Source of the DNA: Lophium mytilinum
Lineage: Eukaryota
Length of the DNA: 64,000 nucleotides
Direction: 5' to 3'
Assembly (NCBI GenBank): GCA_010093605.1
Contig: MU004184.1
Span: forward strand, 878,801 to 942,800
The position numbers and the translations under genes are program-made. The number at the start of each line of letters is the position of its first letter. Position 1 is the stretch's first letter. The notes under the pieces were generated by a model, which was given only the letters and a program-made list of their open reading frames with translations, was not told the DNA's origin and did not search any database. This document shows, piece after piece, positions 27,645-40,429 of this stretch.

Positions 27645-29521
27645 CTACGCCATGGCCATCTCGATCTTCTTGCCCTTCATGGATTTCCACTGGATGGGCG
27701 CGACGCCTACAATCGACAGACACGCCATCGCGAGAGAGACGTAGAAGGTGTTCATCAACGTCTTGTTGTACGCGCCTAGCACGCCCGCGAGGTATTGCGC
27801 AGGGATTGCGTTCTTGAGCTCTGTGGCGCCAGTCTGGAGTACGATGGAAAGGTCAAGATCCGGAACGGCGGATTCGAGGTTCTTGATAAGCTGGTTGGTG
27901 AATACGTTCTGCGCTACACTGATGAATAGAGCACCACCGAGGGTTTGGGAGAACATCATCACGGCTGTTCCAATTGGGACATCCTTGGCGGGAAGAACCG
28001 TTTGACTGCAAAGCCTGTTAGCGATAACTCCCATGTCTGAGCTGAGATGACTTACACTACAATAAGGGTCTGCTGCATGCCGAGTCCGACACCCGCTCCG
28101 AAGAGGAATTGGAAGCCAATCCACTTGGCGTGACCAGTGTCGGTCTCGAAGGTGGTCAGGAGGCCGGCACCAATGGTCATGAGAATGGTTGAGGCGAGCA
28201 TAAAGGGCGTATAATACCCGATTACAGTAACAAGGCCACCAGAAATCATGGACATAATGACCAGGCCAAGAATAGTGGGCAGGTTCATGATGCCGGATTT
28301 CGTGGCGGACACTCCCTTGATGGCCTGGAACCAGATGGGAAGATAGTACACCATGATGAAGAAGGATGCGCCGAGGGAAGCTCCGAAAATGGCGGAACCC
28401 CAGACGTTGCGGTTCTTGAAGACTCGTGGGGGCACGGTGGCCTCCTCTTGCTTCCAGATCTGGATACCGACGAAGCCAGCCATCAGGATAGCGAAGATCA
28501 CGAAGAGAGCGATGATGCGGCCGTTGCCCCATGCGTACTTGGATCCACCCCACTGGAGAGCAAGAAGCAGGCAGATGATACCTGGGAGAAAGAGTGCGGT
28601 TCCTGGAAGATCGAACTTCCTGATCTGTTGGGCGAAGGTCGACTCATCCTTCTTGCCTTTCCGGGGAGCTTGGAAGAAGAAGATGATGAAAGCACCGGTG
28701 ACAGCACCGAAGGGCAGATTGATGTAGAAGCACCATCGCCAGGAGAGGTGATCAGTGAAAGCTCCCCCCATCAGCGGACCCGCAACTGATGCTATTCCAT
28801 ACATGCCTCCGATGAGACCCATGTAAGTCGGCCTTTTAATCAATGGAACCGTGTTGGCAACGATCAGAATTGCACCAGAGAAGATACCAGCACCTCCGAG
28901 CCCAGCAATAGCTCTACCAACGATGAGAGCAGTGGAGTTTGGAGCCACACCACAGATCAAGGACCCTAGCTCAAAGATGAAAAGAGCGCTAAGATATATC
29001 CATTTGATGGAGTAAAAGGTGTACAGTTTTCCGAATATGAGCTGGAATGCGCAAGTGGTGAGGAGATAGGCGCTGCCGTACCAGCCGACGTCGTTGAGAG
29101 CTTTGAACTGATCAGTGATTCTAGGAATTGCGGTAGCGATGATAGTATTGTCCTTTGATTGGGTCAGCATTCAAGATGACTTATGCAACTAAACAGGGCT
29201 AGTGCTCACCAAGGCCATACAGAAGACGGAGAGACACAGGGCCACGGTGATCATGGCTAGCTTAAACGCTTTGGGGTACTCATGGTCGGCTTCCTCTTGG
29301 GCGGCCGTATCGATTCTCTGCAAGTTTTCTTTTGGCTCTTTGGGTTCATCCTGGGCAACATGCTCTTCTTCTTCATCGGCTGAGGCGGGCCTCGATGAGT
29401 TTACAGTGGCCTCTAGGGGCTCTTTCTTTTCGAAGACGGAGGGATCGGCACTTTTTGTGAAGGTTGAATCAGTATCGGCCGCGCTGGTTGGACGCGTGTG
29501 GTCCTTGATGTCGAGCCCCAT
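27645..29521 (-). CDS. MFS drug:H+ antiporter, 14-TMS (DHA2; AflT/MFS1-like)
   Basis: [53 protein letters not shown]. Introns ~29153-29207 and ~28008-28055. Confidence 0.93.
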
Positions 29522-31598
29522 TGCAAAGGAAGGTCAGAATGCGGTTGAAGAAGAAGGAAGGGAACTCTGTGGGACAAAGATCAGATACGTCGGGTGGCTG
29601 CACAGCGCTTATAAGGTTAAGGAGGGCAAAAGAAGCCAGGTGGATGGCGACAGGCGACGGCGTCTGCGAAAAGAACGGACGAGTTAAGTGACAAGGGTTT
29701 GGTGTCGCATGGGCATGGGAGTGAAGAGCCCAAAGATCGGGAGTGTGCTAAGAGGGACGGTTGGCGAATCGCCGAGTCACCGGGTGGCCCGCGCACAGAA
29801 GAGGCGGGACAAAAGAAAGGAGCTCTTTACGGACGAAAACAGCCGCGGACTCTCATCGCAGCCAACACCTGACGAGTGGCACTTCTGTTTGGCATAATTC
29901 AAGCAAGCAGTCACGAGAACCCTGGAATATCATCATACAGCGCCCACCGAGACGTGCAACTGTCCAAAGCGCAGCAGACAAGAGCGCGAGCCGAGTTCAT
30001 CATTGGTGTGGTCCGCACGTCCGCTTGATGATTTCCAGGCGGCGTCCCCGTGGGCGGCATCGGGAAGGCTTGGCGATCCCTGAGGGCAGACGGGCCAGGC
30101 TTTCTCTGCCGGGCTCGTTACTCAACACGGTTCCAGGCTAAGTCCGGCCCGTTCAATCTCGGCTCGCCGACCAATTCACTGTCGGCTCTGCGCTCGTCTG
30201 CACCCAACGTCCCCTGCCGTCCATCTTTCGTCCGGAATGGGGTGTTCCAAGCGCGAAGACCACGCGGCGATAACAGCCTCTGCCTTAGGCCTTGGCGACG
30301 ACTATGTCTGCCTGAAAGGGGGTGGAGGATGCACGTAGCGTGTGTTTTGCTCGGTGGTTATCGCTGCCCGTGAGACCGATAGACCGACGCTCTATATTTT
30401 GGCTCTCGCATTCCGCGGGCCCCGTTACGAAATACGAAGCGGATGTCAACACCGCACTCCACACCCCTTGTGTATTGCAGCTGATGACTCACTATGTAAC
30501 GTCGAGGAGAGCGACACCTGATGCCTGATATCTTCATTGCTACCCTCATGCCCTAGAAATAGCAGTCATGACCGCATCATTAAAGACTCAGATCAGACAC
30601 CAGTTATCCTCATCGCTGCTAACTCTACGGTGTGAAGGTCGTAGTATATGCAGTAATAGTTTCAGGTCTGCCTCGTCCGTTTTTACCCGAGTCAACTTCA
30701 GCTCGGGCAGACCACGCTGTGGTGAATGCTAACATCTTGGTTTACGACGAGCAGTGATTGTTTTGAACTCTCTCATATTTCACCCCATACAGCACCCAGT
30801 CTCCCAAATACTAACACAGCAAGAAAGCAACGCAGCAAAAGAGCAACAAATTAAGGGAAAATAGCAGGAAGCAACACAGTCAATCGCCGACACCATCCAC
30901 TAGCCACCATCACATTCCTCTCTCGGTACTTAGTGTCTCAAAAGACTCAGGTTTTACCGATTTGAGTGCTCACTAGTTCATCGAGATACCCCGCATCAGC
31001 AGGACCACGCTGGTGGAAGCCCGTAATTTCTAGGTTTGCATCGTCACACTGTCACACTGCATTCCCAAACCGACCCCCAGTCTCCCAACACCTGTCGCAA
31101 AGCAGAGCCCATGCAACTTACTCGATTGCACAAGGGAGATGATGTTCCGGCGCACAGAGCTGTCACTGCACGTTTGCAAAATCGTTTGCATGGAGCAGGC
31201 AAAGAGAAGGGACCAAGACGAGAGGGTACGAGCATTGTGTGCTCATGAAACTCGGACTGAGCGAGGGCTTTCTCCATCTATGATTTGTGCTAGCATCGAC
31301 GATTCCATATTTACAATTTGAAGATCATAGATATATTAGAGTAGATATCTGGTCCGTCCGGATCGTTTCGTCCTTCACCCTCTACCGTACAGCAGGGTAG
31401 GTTAGCTTATGTGGAGAAGACACAAACGTGCTTAGACAGGGGCAGCAGCTTACAAGCACAGAAATCGGGTACGCGCATATGCCACTCTGAAAGACCGGCT
31501 TGTCGTTTTGCATGGAACGGGAGGCGCGAGTTTATTGGAACGTCGAGTGCCTACCTGTGAAGTGTCACATGTCCTCTCGTCCGTCTCTTGTGCTGGGG

Positions 31599-33678
31599 TC
31601 AACGATTCATCCTGTCGTAGTAAGGATGCTGTACGGTTGGCGTGTACGGTCTTCCGCCGTCTTCTTGCAGCTCTTCGTCCTCCATATCTTCCTCGTCCGT
31701 AAACCTCTCCTGGATGCGTTCTTGCATCGGCTCATTCTTCTTCAACTCTACATCGATAGCTCTACTAAGCGCTGCGAGTCCCTCATATACCTTACACGGC
31801 TCCCTGTCGGTGTACATAGCCAGTGCTAGGAAAGGTAGGCGACGAAGAGTCCGCCCGCTGAGGCCCACACACCGTTTCGCAGCCCGCAGGACTCTCCGCG
31901 ATGGAGAGTTAGGCCGGTGGTTCAAATTCGTTATCGTAACATGAAGAGGAAAGATGAACTTTGCTTCGGCAAACTCCTTCCTCCAACAGACGTCGGTTTC
32001 CCAGGCGTGCTCGTAATGCACCTTCATGGGCACGCGCGGGTGCCACACGACTACATCTTCGGGGTCTGCTGACGGCACTAGCAGTTCGCAGCGGATTAAC
32101 TCGTTGATGGAGGATCGAAAGATATCAAAGATGGCCTCCGAACGCGGGTATGGAAAGAATTGCTTGATATCCACCCGGTCTAGAAAAGCCACGTCCTGGA
32201 GTCTGATGAGCAAATGAGTAAGTAAAACGGAGCTGCCACTCACAATAGTTTCGATGAGATTACTCGTGCATATGACGATCACGTTCTGACGGTGACGAAG
32301 TTGGTCGAGGGCCGTAAGAACCTGGTTCGTTGCCTATTGATTGCTCTTCGTCAATGATACACTCAGCTAACTGTAACATCTAGGGTGGAAGGGCTCTGCT
32401 GTCGCTGCACAACTGTGTACTTACTCTAACGGCATCGCCACATTCATTGCTACTCGACGCTTTCTCTCTCGAACTAGTCAACGTCTCTACTTCATCGATC
32501 ACCAAACAAACAAGCGTTGTCTCCTCTTCAGCGAGAGCCAGCACGGCATCGAACATTTTGCCGACAAGCTTGCTGCTCTCACCAAACCATTTACTAAGGA
32601 CAGCTTGGGCGTTGATTTCAACGAGCTTGCCTTGCGTGAAGTGCTTACCAAGGCGAATGGTAAGCTTTTGTGCCAGTGCTTTGGCGAGCGTCGACTTTCC
32701 GGTGCCTGGTGGACCGTGCAGAAGCATCAGGCGGTTCCAGTTGATAACGGAAGAGTTGATATCTGGGTTCCTGAAGAGAGTCACTGACATGGTCAGCGCT
32801 GCCATCGGCCCTTCAATAAGCAACGAAGCGTTTCTTCTTACTCATGCGTGTCATGAATTTGAGCAGTCGAGACGGTATTGGCTCATCGAATACCAAACTA
32901 TAGGCATCAGTGAGATTGCTACCCTAGCTGAAACAGAGTGGTCTTACGAGTCCCAGGCTCCGTTCAGCGACCTGCTCGGTAACAGTGTGATGCGAAGCTG
33001 AGGCATGTCGTCTTCGTCGGAGTCGGCTCCAGCGTTTCGTACTTTAGAGGGAGATTCGTAGTCCCCTTCATGGTAATAGTAGGCTTGCACATCTAGCTTC
33101 ACGTCTTGAATGTTGAATCCTCGAATGTCCTTAATCTCTTCAGTGAGGGAGCAGTCGAACACACTGATGGACTCAATCGTACTCGAATGCGGAAGTTGTT
33201 GAAACGCTTCGTGACTGTCAGTTTCACCCATCCACCTATCGCTGGTCACAAAGGCCGATGAGAACGTACGATCATCGATTTCTTGGCCAACGCAGAGCAA
33301 GCCTGGGTAAGTTTCAGTAAGCCATTCTGTGACCTCCTCACGGACCTGTAGAACTAGTTAGATCAAATCAATACCATGAGCTTGATATCCTCCACCGACC
33401 ATATCAGTCCGCACAAAACTTCCACTAGTGTTCTTAAGGCGCACTTCGATAAATATGGTCGGCCTAGGTTCATCGGCCGCCCTCTTGGGCCGAGGGCTAC
33501 TTTTGGGACTTGGCGGGACTGGGGAGAAGCCAGGAAATGGTGAAAACCCACGCGGTAGTGGAGGTAGTGGAGGGAGGCCAGCAGGTGAGGCGTGAGTAAT
33601 GGTCCCAAGACTGTCCGGGAGTTCAGTCAGCCGGGCTTCGATAGACTCCAGCTTGAATTGGGTCCATCGCGTCTCCAT
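31599..33678 (-). CDS. pch2: Pachytene checkpoint AAA+ ATPase Pch2/TRIP13
   Basis: LPSRSLNGAWDSL, INWNRLMLLHGPPGTGKST, LAQKLTIRL, SKWFGESSKLV, LVIDEVETL, AFLDRVDIKQF, GLSGRTLRRLP. About five introns. Confidence 0.9.
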
Positions 33679-33892
33679 TTGGAGCGTGGGATGGTCGTGG
33701 TCGCGGTGAGATGTGGTTGGTGGAGAAGATGAGGCTGGAGACCCTTGCAGTGTTCTAGAAATGTTCTCTGGATCGTGGGGGCACGGGTATAGTTTGACAA
33801 CGCGCTGCACCACGGCGTCATCACCGCGGCGTCGCACACGACTCTCCCTCTTGTGAACCACCGCCCACTCATGCTGCCGCCGCTCTTCAGCC

Positions 33893-36710
33893 ATGAAGAA
33901 CGATACCGGTACCTGCAGCAATCACCTCAGTGATCCCTTCGGCACCGAGCACCCGCGGGACACTACCATCCAGATCTCCATCTCCGTCGCCCTCGGCATC
34001 ACCGCTTTCCTAGCTTTTTGTGTATGCACTCCTCGCCTGTGATTCTGAAGTCTGCTAACGGATGTACAGTTCTTGCGACCGCGCTGGCAAGGCCTTTATG
34101 CCGCGCGCAAAAAGAACGTCGACCGAACAACCACCCTTCCCGAGCTCCCGAACAGCTTCTTTGGCTGGATCCTGCCTTTATGGCGCATCACAGAGGAACA
34201 AGTGCTGGCTTCGGCGGGTCTAGATGCCTATGTGGTACGTCGTGGAATCAAGAGGCTGGCATGCTCTTACTAAATTGCGACACAGTACCTCGCCTTTTTC
34301 AAAATGGCCATCAAATTCCTCTGCGTGACCCTCTTCTTTGCGCTCGTGGTTATCAAGCCAGTCCACGACCAATATCCCGACAAGTCTAAACAGGAGCTTC
34401 CTGACCCCAACACCAACGCTACACACCCGAACTCAACGTCTCTTGTCGAGGGTTATGCCAGCCAGCCTGTGCTGCTAGAGGCTCGCTCCAGCTGGGCACA
34501 AACTCTGGGTATGCCCACCGAGTACACGACAGATTATCTTTGGATGTACCTAGCCTTCTCATACCTATTTACCGGCCTTGCTATGTATTTGATGATATCA
34601 GAGACACGGAAGATTATAGAAATACGACAGGAATATCTCGGAAGCCAGACCACCATCACCGACCGTACCATTCGTCTCTCAGGAGTACCACCGGAGCTCA
34701 GGTCCGAGGACAAAATCAAGGAGTTTGTGGAAGATCTGCAGATCGGAAAAGTCGAGAGCGTAACTCTCTGCAAAAATTGGAAAGAGTTGGACGACCGCAT
34801 AACGCAGAGGAGTAGCATATTGCGAAAATTGGAAGAAGCGTGGACAGTGCATCTTGGAAAGCGGCGTGTGGAGAGGAGTCTCGAGACCCTACCTATCGTC
34901 CAACCTACACCGCCAGAGCCCCAGATGGACACAGAAAACGATAGTGAAGATGCTCAGCTTCTCAATGGTCATTCCAATCACGTTACTCCATATGCACGGC
35001 AGCGACCGGTTACTAGGATCTGGCACGGTCGTTTCAATCTCCGATACAGGACGGTCGATGCCATCAACTATTATGAAGAGAAGCTTCGCAGGATCGATGA
35101 GGAGATTAAGGCTTTCCGCAAGAAAGACTTTGACCCAACGCCGCTGGCATTCGTTACTATGGACAGCGTGGCTAGCGCAGTAAGTACATATATTGCATTG
35201 GCATTTCATTACGACTAACGAACAATCCATAGCAAATGGCTATTCAAGCTGTTCTTGACCCATCCCCGCTACAATTATTGGCAAACAACAGCCCGGCGCC
35301 TTCAGACGTTGTTTGGCATAATACTTATTTGCCTCGTTCCAAAAGAATGCTCCGAGCATGGGCCATCACAATTTTCATTGCCGTACTTACGGTACTTTGG
35401 ACCATCGTCCTCGTACCAGTTGCCGGCTTACTCAATACATGCTCAATCCACGAGGTGTGGCCTGGGCTAGCGGACGCACTTGATAGTCATCCTAACCTCC
35501 AATCCATTGTCAATACGCAGTTACCGACCCTGGCACTCACACTGCTCAACGTCCTTGTACCCTTTTTCTATGACTGTACGTATCTCCGGATATCACCTTA
35601 GGCTAATTGCTTACATATGACAAAGGGCTTGCGAACCTACAAGGAATGATTTCCCAAGGAGACGTGGAGCTTTCAGTCATTTCTAAGAACTTCTTCTTTA
35701 CGTTCTTCAACTTCTTCGTCATATTTACTGCTCTGGGTACTGCCTCCGGGGTACTTGATATGTTCGAACGGTTTGGCGAGAATCTAAAGGATACTACCAA
35801 TCTTGCCAACGCCCTGGCAGTATCTCTGCAGAAACTTCTCCTGTTCTATGTCGACTTCATCATTCTTCAAGGCTTTGGACTCTTCCCACTGCGTTTGCTG
35901 GAGATCGGAGCTTTGACATTGTACCCAATCAATCGGATTGGAGCGAAAACGCCACGAGGTACGTGCTCTCCATGTTCTCATCAGATAGATGAAACCTAAC
36001 AATTAGCTCAGATTTTGCGGAGCTCGTTCAACCTCCTGTTTTCAGCTACGGCTTTTTCCTACCCCAAACGATTTTGATTTTCATAATTTGCATGGTCTAT
36101 AGTGTTCTTCGCTCCTCTTGGATGGTCCTACTCTCCGGTCTCGCCTATTTCATCATTGGTCACTTCGTCCATAAATACCAGCTGCTTTACGCGATGGACC
36201 ACCGCCAACACTCTACCGGGAAAGGATGGCTCATGATGTGCGATCGTGTCACTGTCGGCATGATACTATTCCAGCTCACAACGGCCGGGCAGCTCGCCTT
36301 GAAGAAAGCCTTCAGACGATCTATCCTTATAATCCCACTCGTTTTGGCAACTCTTTGGTTTAGTTACTTGTACAACAGGACCTACAAACCTCTTATGACG
36401 TTCATAGCTCTACGAAGTCTACGTAGTGCAGAGCACTCGGAACTAGGCCGAGGCATCCAAGAGGAGGCATTTGCTGTTCATGGCCAAAGTAGATTCGGCA
36501 TGCAGAACCGTCAGACAGTGGATGAAGCGCGCGAGAGCGGTACTCGCTTTATCAACCCAAATCTCATTATGCCGTAGGTTTTGGTTCTACTGGTGTCTAT
36601 TTACGTGTGCTAACAAGCCTAGGCTCGATGATGTTTGGATCATGGATAAGTTCGCAAGAAACGGTGATATTTCAGCAACGTCAAGCACGGCTGCAGATCA
36701 AGAAACGTGA
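33893..36710 (+). CDS. OSCA/TMEM63 (CSC1, DUF221) stress-gated cation channel
   Basis: LRPRWQGLYAAR, SAGLDAY, TDRTIRLSGVP, VDAINYYEEKL, AFVTMDSV, APAPSDVVWHN, KYQLLYAMDHRQHSTG. About six introns. Confidence 0.9.
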
Positions 36711-37402
36711 CTTACGCGCAGGCGCGGAAAGTGGTAATCAAGTACATAGTGTAATGTATAGTCCCTGTCGTACAGTATTTCGTCTGTGTACATTTTTCTG
36801 TAACTCTTTGTGATGCTTCGATGTATGCCTAAAAGTTTGGAGCGATATTTCTTGCTTTCAATGCGCGTAGTTCTGTTTCCAATTATCCGATGTGGCTCAA
36901 TGACTTTACAGGCTCTTCAACGGGACAATCCTCGTTCATGTTTGGGTTTCTGACTTTCCATGGAAGGACCACAGGTAGCAGCAGGAAGGGGTCTTCCTCC
37001 CGTGTATACCCTTACACGGTAGTAGCTCTGAGAAAGCTTGGCTATGATACCCGACGCTTCCACTGCCTCTTGAAATTTCTCATGTCCTTAAGCCTCACCA
37101 GCGGCATTACTACTTTTGTGGCAACGCCATTTGACAACGCCACTCACTCGATTTACCGTTATTCTTCAGACCCTCCTGCGCTTACCTGAATTGCATCTCC
37201 CATCGGAGGTGCTCCAAAGACGTCTTCACAAATACACCTCTCAAGAGGAGTTGCCGGATCCCAATCTACATCGGTCTCTCCCATAAATAGCCCTACGGTG
37301 CCATCAATCACGTCCCTCTTCGAATCGCCGAACGAACACATTCTTAAGTTTGGACCACCAAGCCTCTCTATTGTCCACAGGAATCTCGAGGACCATCAGG
37401 GA

Positions 37403-40400
37403 ATGCCTACCACCAACAACATTCCCGTCGAACAAAGTTCAGGAGTGGCCAGTAACGCCAGTCCAGCAACAAACACGAGGCAGTCAGAGGGTCTTCGAAA
37501 CACTCTTGCCTCATCTCGTCGAACCGCAATTGGAGTCGCCGTACGAACTACCAGACGACACTTTACAAACCCTATACAATCTCAAAGAGAAGGCGGCTTC
37601 CCCATACGCCGAGAACGGCGTCGAACCTCGCTGCACAGAGTTCTTACAGGTTTTTTCAGCAGCAGTCCTCCTGCACCCAACCCAGCCATACGCCATATTC
37701 GGAGAGATTCTAGTGCCTCAGACGGGCAGTCAGTTTCTAGGGCAGATACCTACGGTTCTCTACAAAGCCTTGACCTCGTATCGCCTGGTACCTTCCTCTT
37801 CAGCGGACCAAGCTTGAGATCTGCTTACTCCAGGAGCTCTTTCGGATACTCGACGTCGCTTCTCGAAAGCCAATCATCCCTCGGTACTGGTAACGACACT
37901 CCTTTTAGCACAGAGGACTTCGCGCTGCGCAGGATGAATATAGAACAAATGCCGGTTGATCTTGTTGAAGACGGTGTCCTGGAGCCTTTCCTCTACTGCG
38001 ACATTACACGGAATATGTCTGACACCTTTCTCGGGGTTAGCTCGCCGATAGTAAAGCCGGACAACATCGTCTCAGAGGGCTCCTGTTCCGATACCGACAG
38101 TGGTCTAGGGATGTCAACACGGGCTGCAGCGACTTTGCCTTCAATACTTCCAGCGCGTTTGCTCGTTCAACTGTCAGCATATCTCGAATCTTCTTCTCTG
38201 CAAGCCATGAGACTTACATGCCGATCTTGGTATTCTGCCATTGGTGCAGCCGCTCCTCGCGTATTGCCTCCTCCGTGCAGACTCCCCACTGAGCTCATTC
38301 AGCATGTATACAGCTTTCTATCACCCAGAGACTTCAATGCAGCCCGTCACTCCTGCCAAACATGGATGACTGCGAGCCTGGACCGAACGATTCTAAGATC
38401 AATGCTCCGTCGTGGCGGGTGGATAGGAGGCGCTGAGCACGACCTTCACAAGAGGTACGTTCGAAATGAATCTGTAGAGCAAGGCAGAGTGGAATGGTTC
38501 CTCAGCAAGCGACTTTCCCGCGAGTGTGCCTTGTCTTGCAACTGGACTGGCAACGGACTCGAAACTCCCGGCACAAGGAACGCGAAATATCGTGAGCCAA
38601 TGGTCGAAGTTGCTAGGACAGATTTTGCCGACCTAGCACATGGCTCTGCTGGGCCTGAGGGGCGACATACTGGAGCTCTCGTCTTCACAGTCAGCGTTTG
38701 CGGCCGATTTTTGCTCGTTGCGGAAAGCGGTATGATATACATCTACCAGCTCGAAGACAGTGGTCTCCGGGCTCTGACCAGCGTAGTCTGTCCCCGAAGA
38801 GTTCTGGCAATGAGCATGGATGCTTCGTCTCACAGATTTGCTGTTGCTGCACTTCTAGAAGGCAGAATGGGTCTGGTCTGTGACCTTAACCTCAGCTCTT
38901 CAGACACGGGAGGTTCTGCGATCCCGACTGGCGCTGGACTCAACGATAGAAGTACACTCTTCACGGGCGGACCCGGTAGCCGCTTCGAGGTTCCCCTAGC
39001 GGCGGCCAACGACGAAATACAGCTTGCTGAAATCCGTGTTCAATCGGGCGATGAAGAGGTCAATTTACGAGGCGCCGACCGATATCATGAACGCCATTTC
39101 ATCAATCAGGACTGGCATGTTCTCCTGCGAGGGGGGCCACCAGACGACGTACATGTCCCCAAAGCGCAAGCAATGCCCATTGATAACGGACGTCGAAGCA
39201 TCTACCGTCATCTCTGCTCCGACGACGACCCGCCGCGCTGCGTGTCTATCTGTCCACAGCGCCGCTGTGTAGCCTTCGGCTGCTCTGCCGGTATAGAACT
39301 GTACTGGGTCGACGCCATCACCGGGCAAAACCTCAACCGATGGTTTCCTCTCACCTCACCTAGCGACTTCCTCCACTTCCTACCCCCCCGACCTGGCGTC
39401 GACTCCGCCAAAAAGCTCCGCCTAATCTCCAGCGCCGCACACCCCAGCGACCGGCCTTCGATCTACCACCGCTTCCTCTCCAACCGGCCAAACCCTAGCC
39501 TCTACTGGATCGAAAACCCCCTCGCCACCCACGGCCGCGGCGCCTCCAACTCCGACCACTTCCGCGCCGTGCCCCTGAGCGATGGCTACAACGTCCTCTT
39601 CACCGACCCCTCCACCTCCCGTCTCTACCTCGGCAGCGACGCGCCCCAGGGCGGCCCCACAAAGCTCCTCCGCACCCTAATGCTCATGCCCCCAGACCCA
39701 GACGCCATCCCGCGCATCTACACCGCCGCGGCCGACCTCACCTGGGGCGCGCGCGTCGCGGTCGCCTTCGGCGACAGAATCATCCTCTACTCCGTGCCCC
39801 CGGACGTCTTCGCGCAGGAATGCACCGCCGGCGGCTCCGACCTCCTCGCTGCTGCGGCGGCGGCCCACGAGGGCAAGGAGGCGGACCACTGGGCGCACTG
39901 GCTGGGCACGGACGAGAAGCTGCGCCTGCTGCACGCGTACTCGTACCCGGCCGACGCGGCGCTGTGGCCCATTGGCATCAAGGGCACCGTCGTGGGGAGC
40001 CTAGATGGGCTAGTCGACCTCGCGATTTACGCGGAGCCCGAGCTGACTATCTGGGCGTTTGGGGCTGATGGGCGCGCGGCGACGTGGCAGATGGATGCGG
40101 GCCGGCGGCGGGTGGTTGTGGCGCGGAATGTCGGGCGCGATGGGTTGGTGAGCGCGCAGTGTGAGGTGGATGTGGATGGGGATGTTGTTATGGGGGAGGC
40201 GGAGGCGGAGGGGGCGGGAGAGCGGTCGGTGGGTTTTGATGGGCAGGACTCGGCGCAGTGGCAGCGGGTGCCGGGGGCGCTGCGAGTGGAGAATGATGAG
40301 TTTTTGATTGGGATTGATGTTTCGTCGGGCGAGGCGTGGTATGATCGGGATGGGGATATTGTGATGTTTGATGCGGATGCGAATGAGGTGGGGTGGACGG

Positions 40401-40429
40401 GGGAGGATTGGTTGGTGCAGGAGAGGTGA
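37403..40429 (+). CDS. Large F-box protein with two F-box-like motifs and a probable beta-propeller-like region
   Basis: ORF over 1000 aa. LPARLLVQLSAYL...LTCRSW and LPTELIQHVYSFL...RHSCQTW, then VFTVSVCGRFLLVA, CPRRVLAMSMDASS, SICPQRRCVAFGC. Start codon uncertain. Confidence 0.8.
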   Translation: MPTTNNIPVEQSSGVASNASPATNTRQSEGLRNTLASSRRTAIGVAVRTTRRHFTNPIQSQREGGFPIRRERRRTSLHRVLTGFFSSSPPAPNPAIRHIRRDSSASDGQSVSRADTYGSLQSLDLVSPGTFLFSGPSLRSAYSRSSFGYSTSLLESQSSLGTGNDTPFSTEDFALRRMNIEQMPVDLVEDGVLEPFLYCDITRNMSDTFLGVSSPIVKPDNIVSEGSCSDTDSGLGMSTRAAATLPSILPARLLVQLSAYLESSSLQAMRLTCRSWYSAIGAAAPRVLPPPCRLPTELIQHVYSFLSPRDFNAARHSCQTWMTASLDRTILRSMLRRGGWIGGAEHDLHKRYVRNESVEQGRVEWFLSKRLSRECALSCNWTGNGLETPGTRNAKYREPMVEVARTDFADLAHGSAGPEGRHTGALVFTVSVCGRFLLVAESGMIYIYQLEDSGLRALTSVVCPRRVLAMSMDASSHRFAVAALLEGRMGLVCDLNLSSSDTGGSAIPTGAGLNDRSTLFTGGPGSRFEVPLAAANDEIQLAEIRVQSGDEEVNLRGADRYHERHFINQDWHVLLRGGPPDDVHVPKAQAMPIDNGRRSIYRHLCSDDDPPRCVSICPQRRCVAFGCSAGIELYWVDAITGQNLNRWFPLTSPSDFLHFLPPRPGVDSAKKLRLISSAAHPSDRPSIYHRFLSNRPNPSLYWIENPLATHGRGASNSDHFRAVPLSDGYNVLFTDPSTSRLYLGSDAPQGGPTKLLRTLMLMPPDPDAIPRIYTAAADLTWGARVAVAFGDRIILYSVPPDVFAQECTAGGSDLLAAAAAAHEGKEADHWAHWLGTDEKLRLLHAYSYPADAALWPIGIKGTVVGSLDGLVDLAIYAEPELTIWAFGADGRAATWQMDAGRRRVVVARNVGRDGLVSAQCEVDVDGDVVMGEAEAEGAGERSVGFDGQDSAQWQRVPGALRVENDEFLIGIDVSSGEAWYDRDGDIVMFDADANEVGWTGEDWLVQER

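Noticed and set aside
30481..30530. TGATGA...CTGA box C/D snoRNA-like words
   Set aside because: Span too short, with no terminal stem or recognisable rRNA guide.
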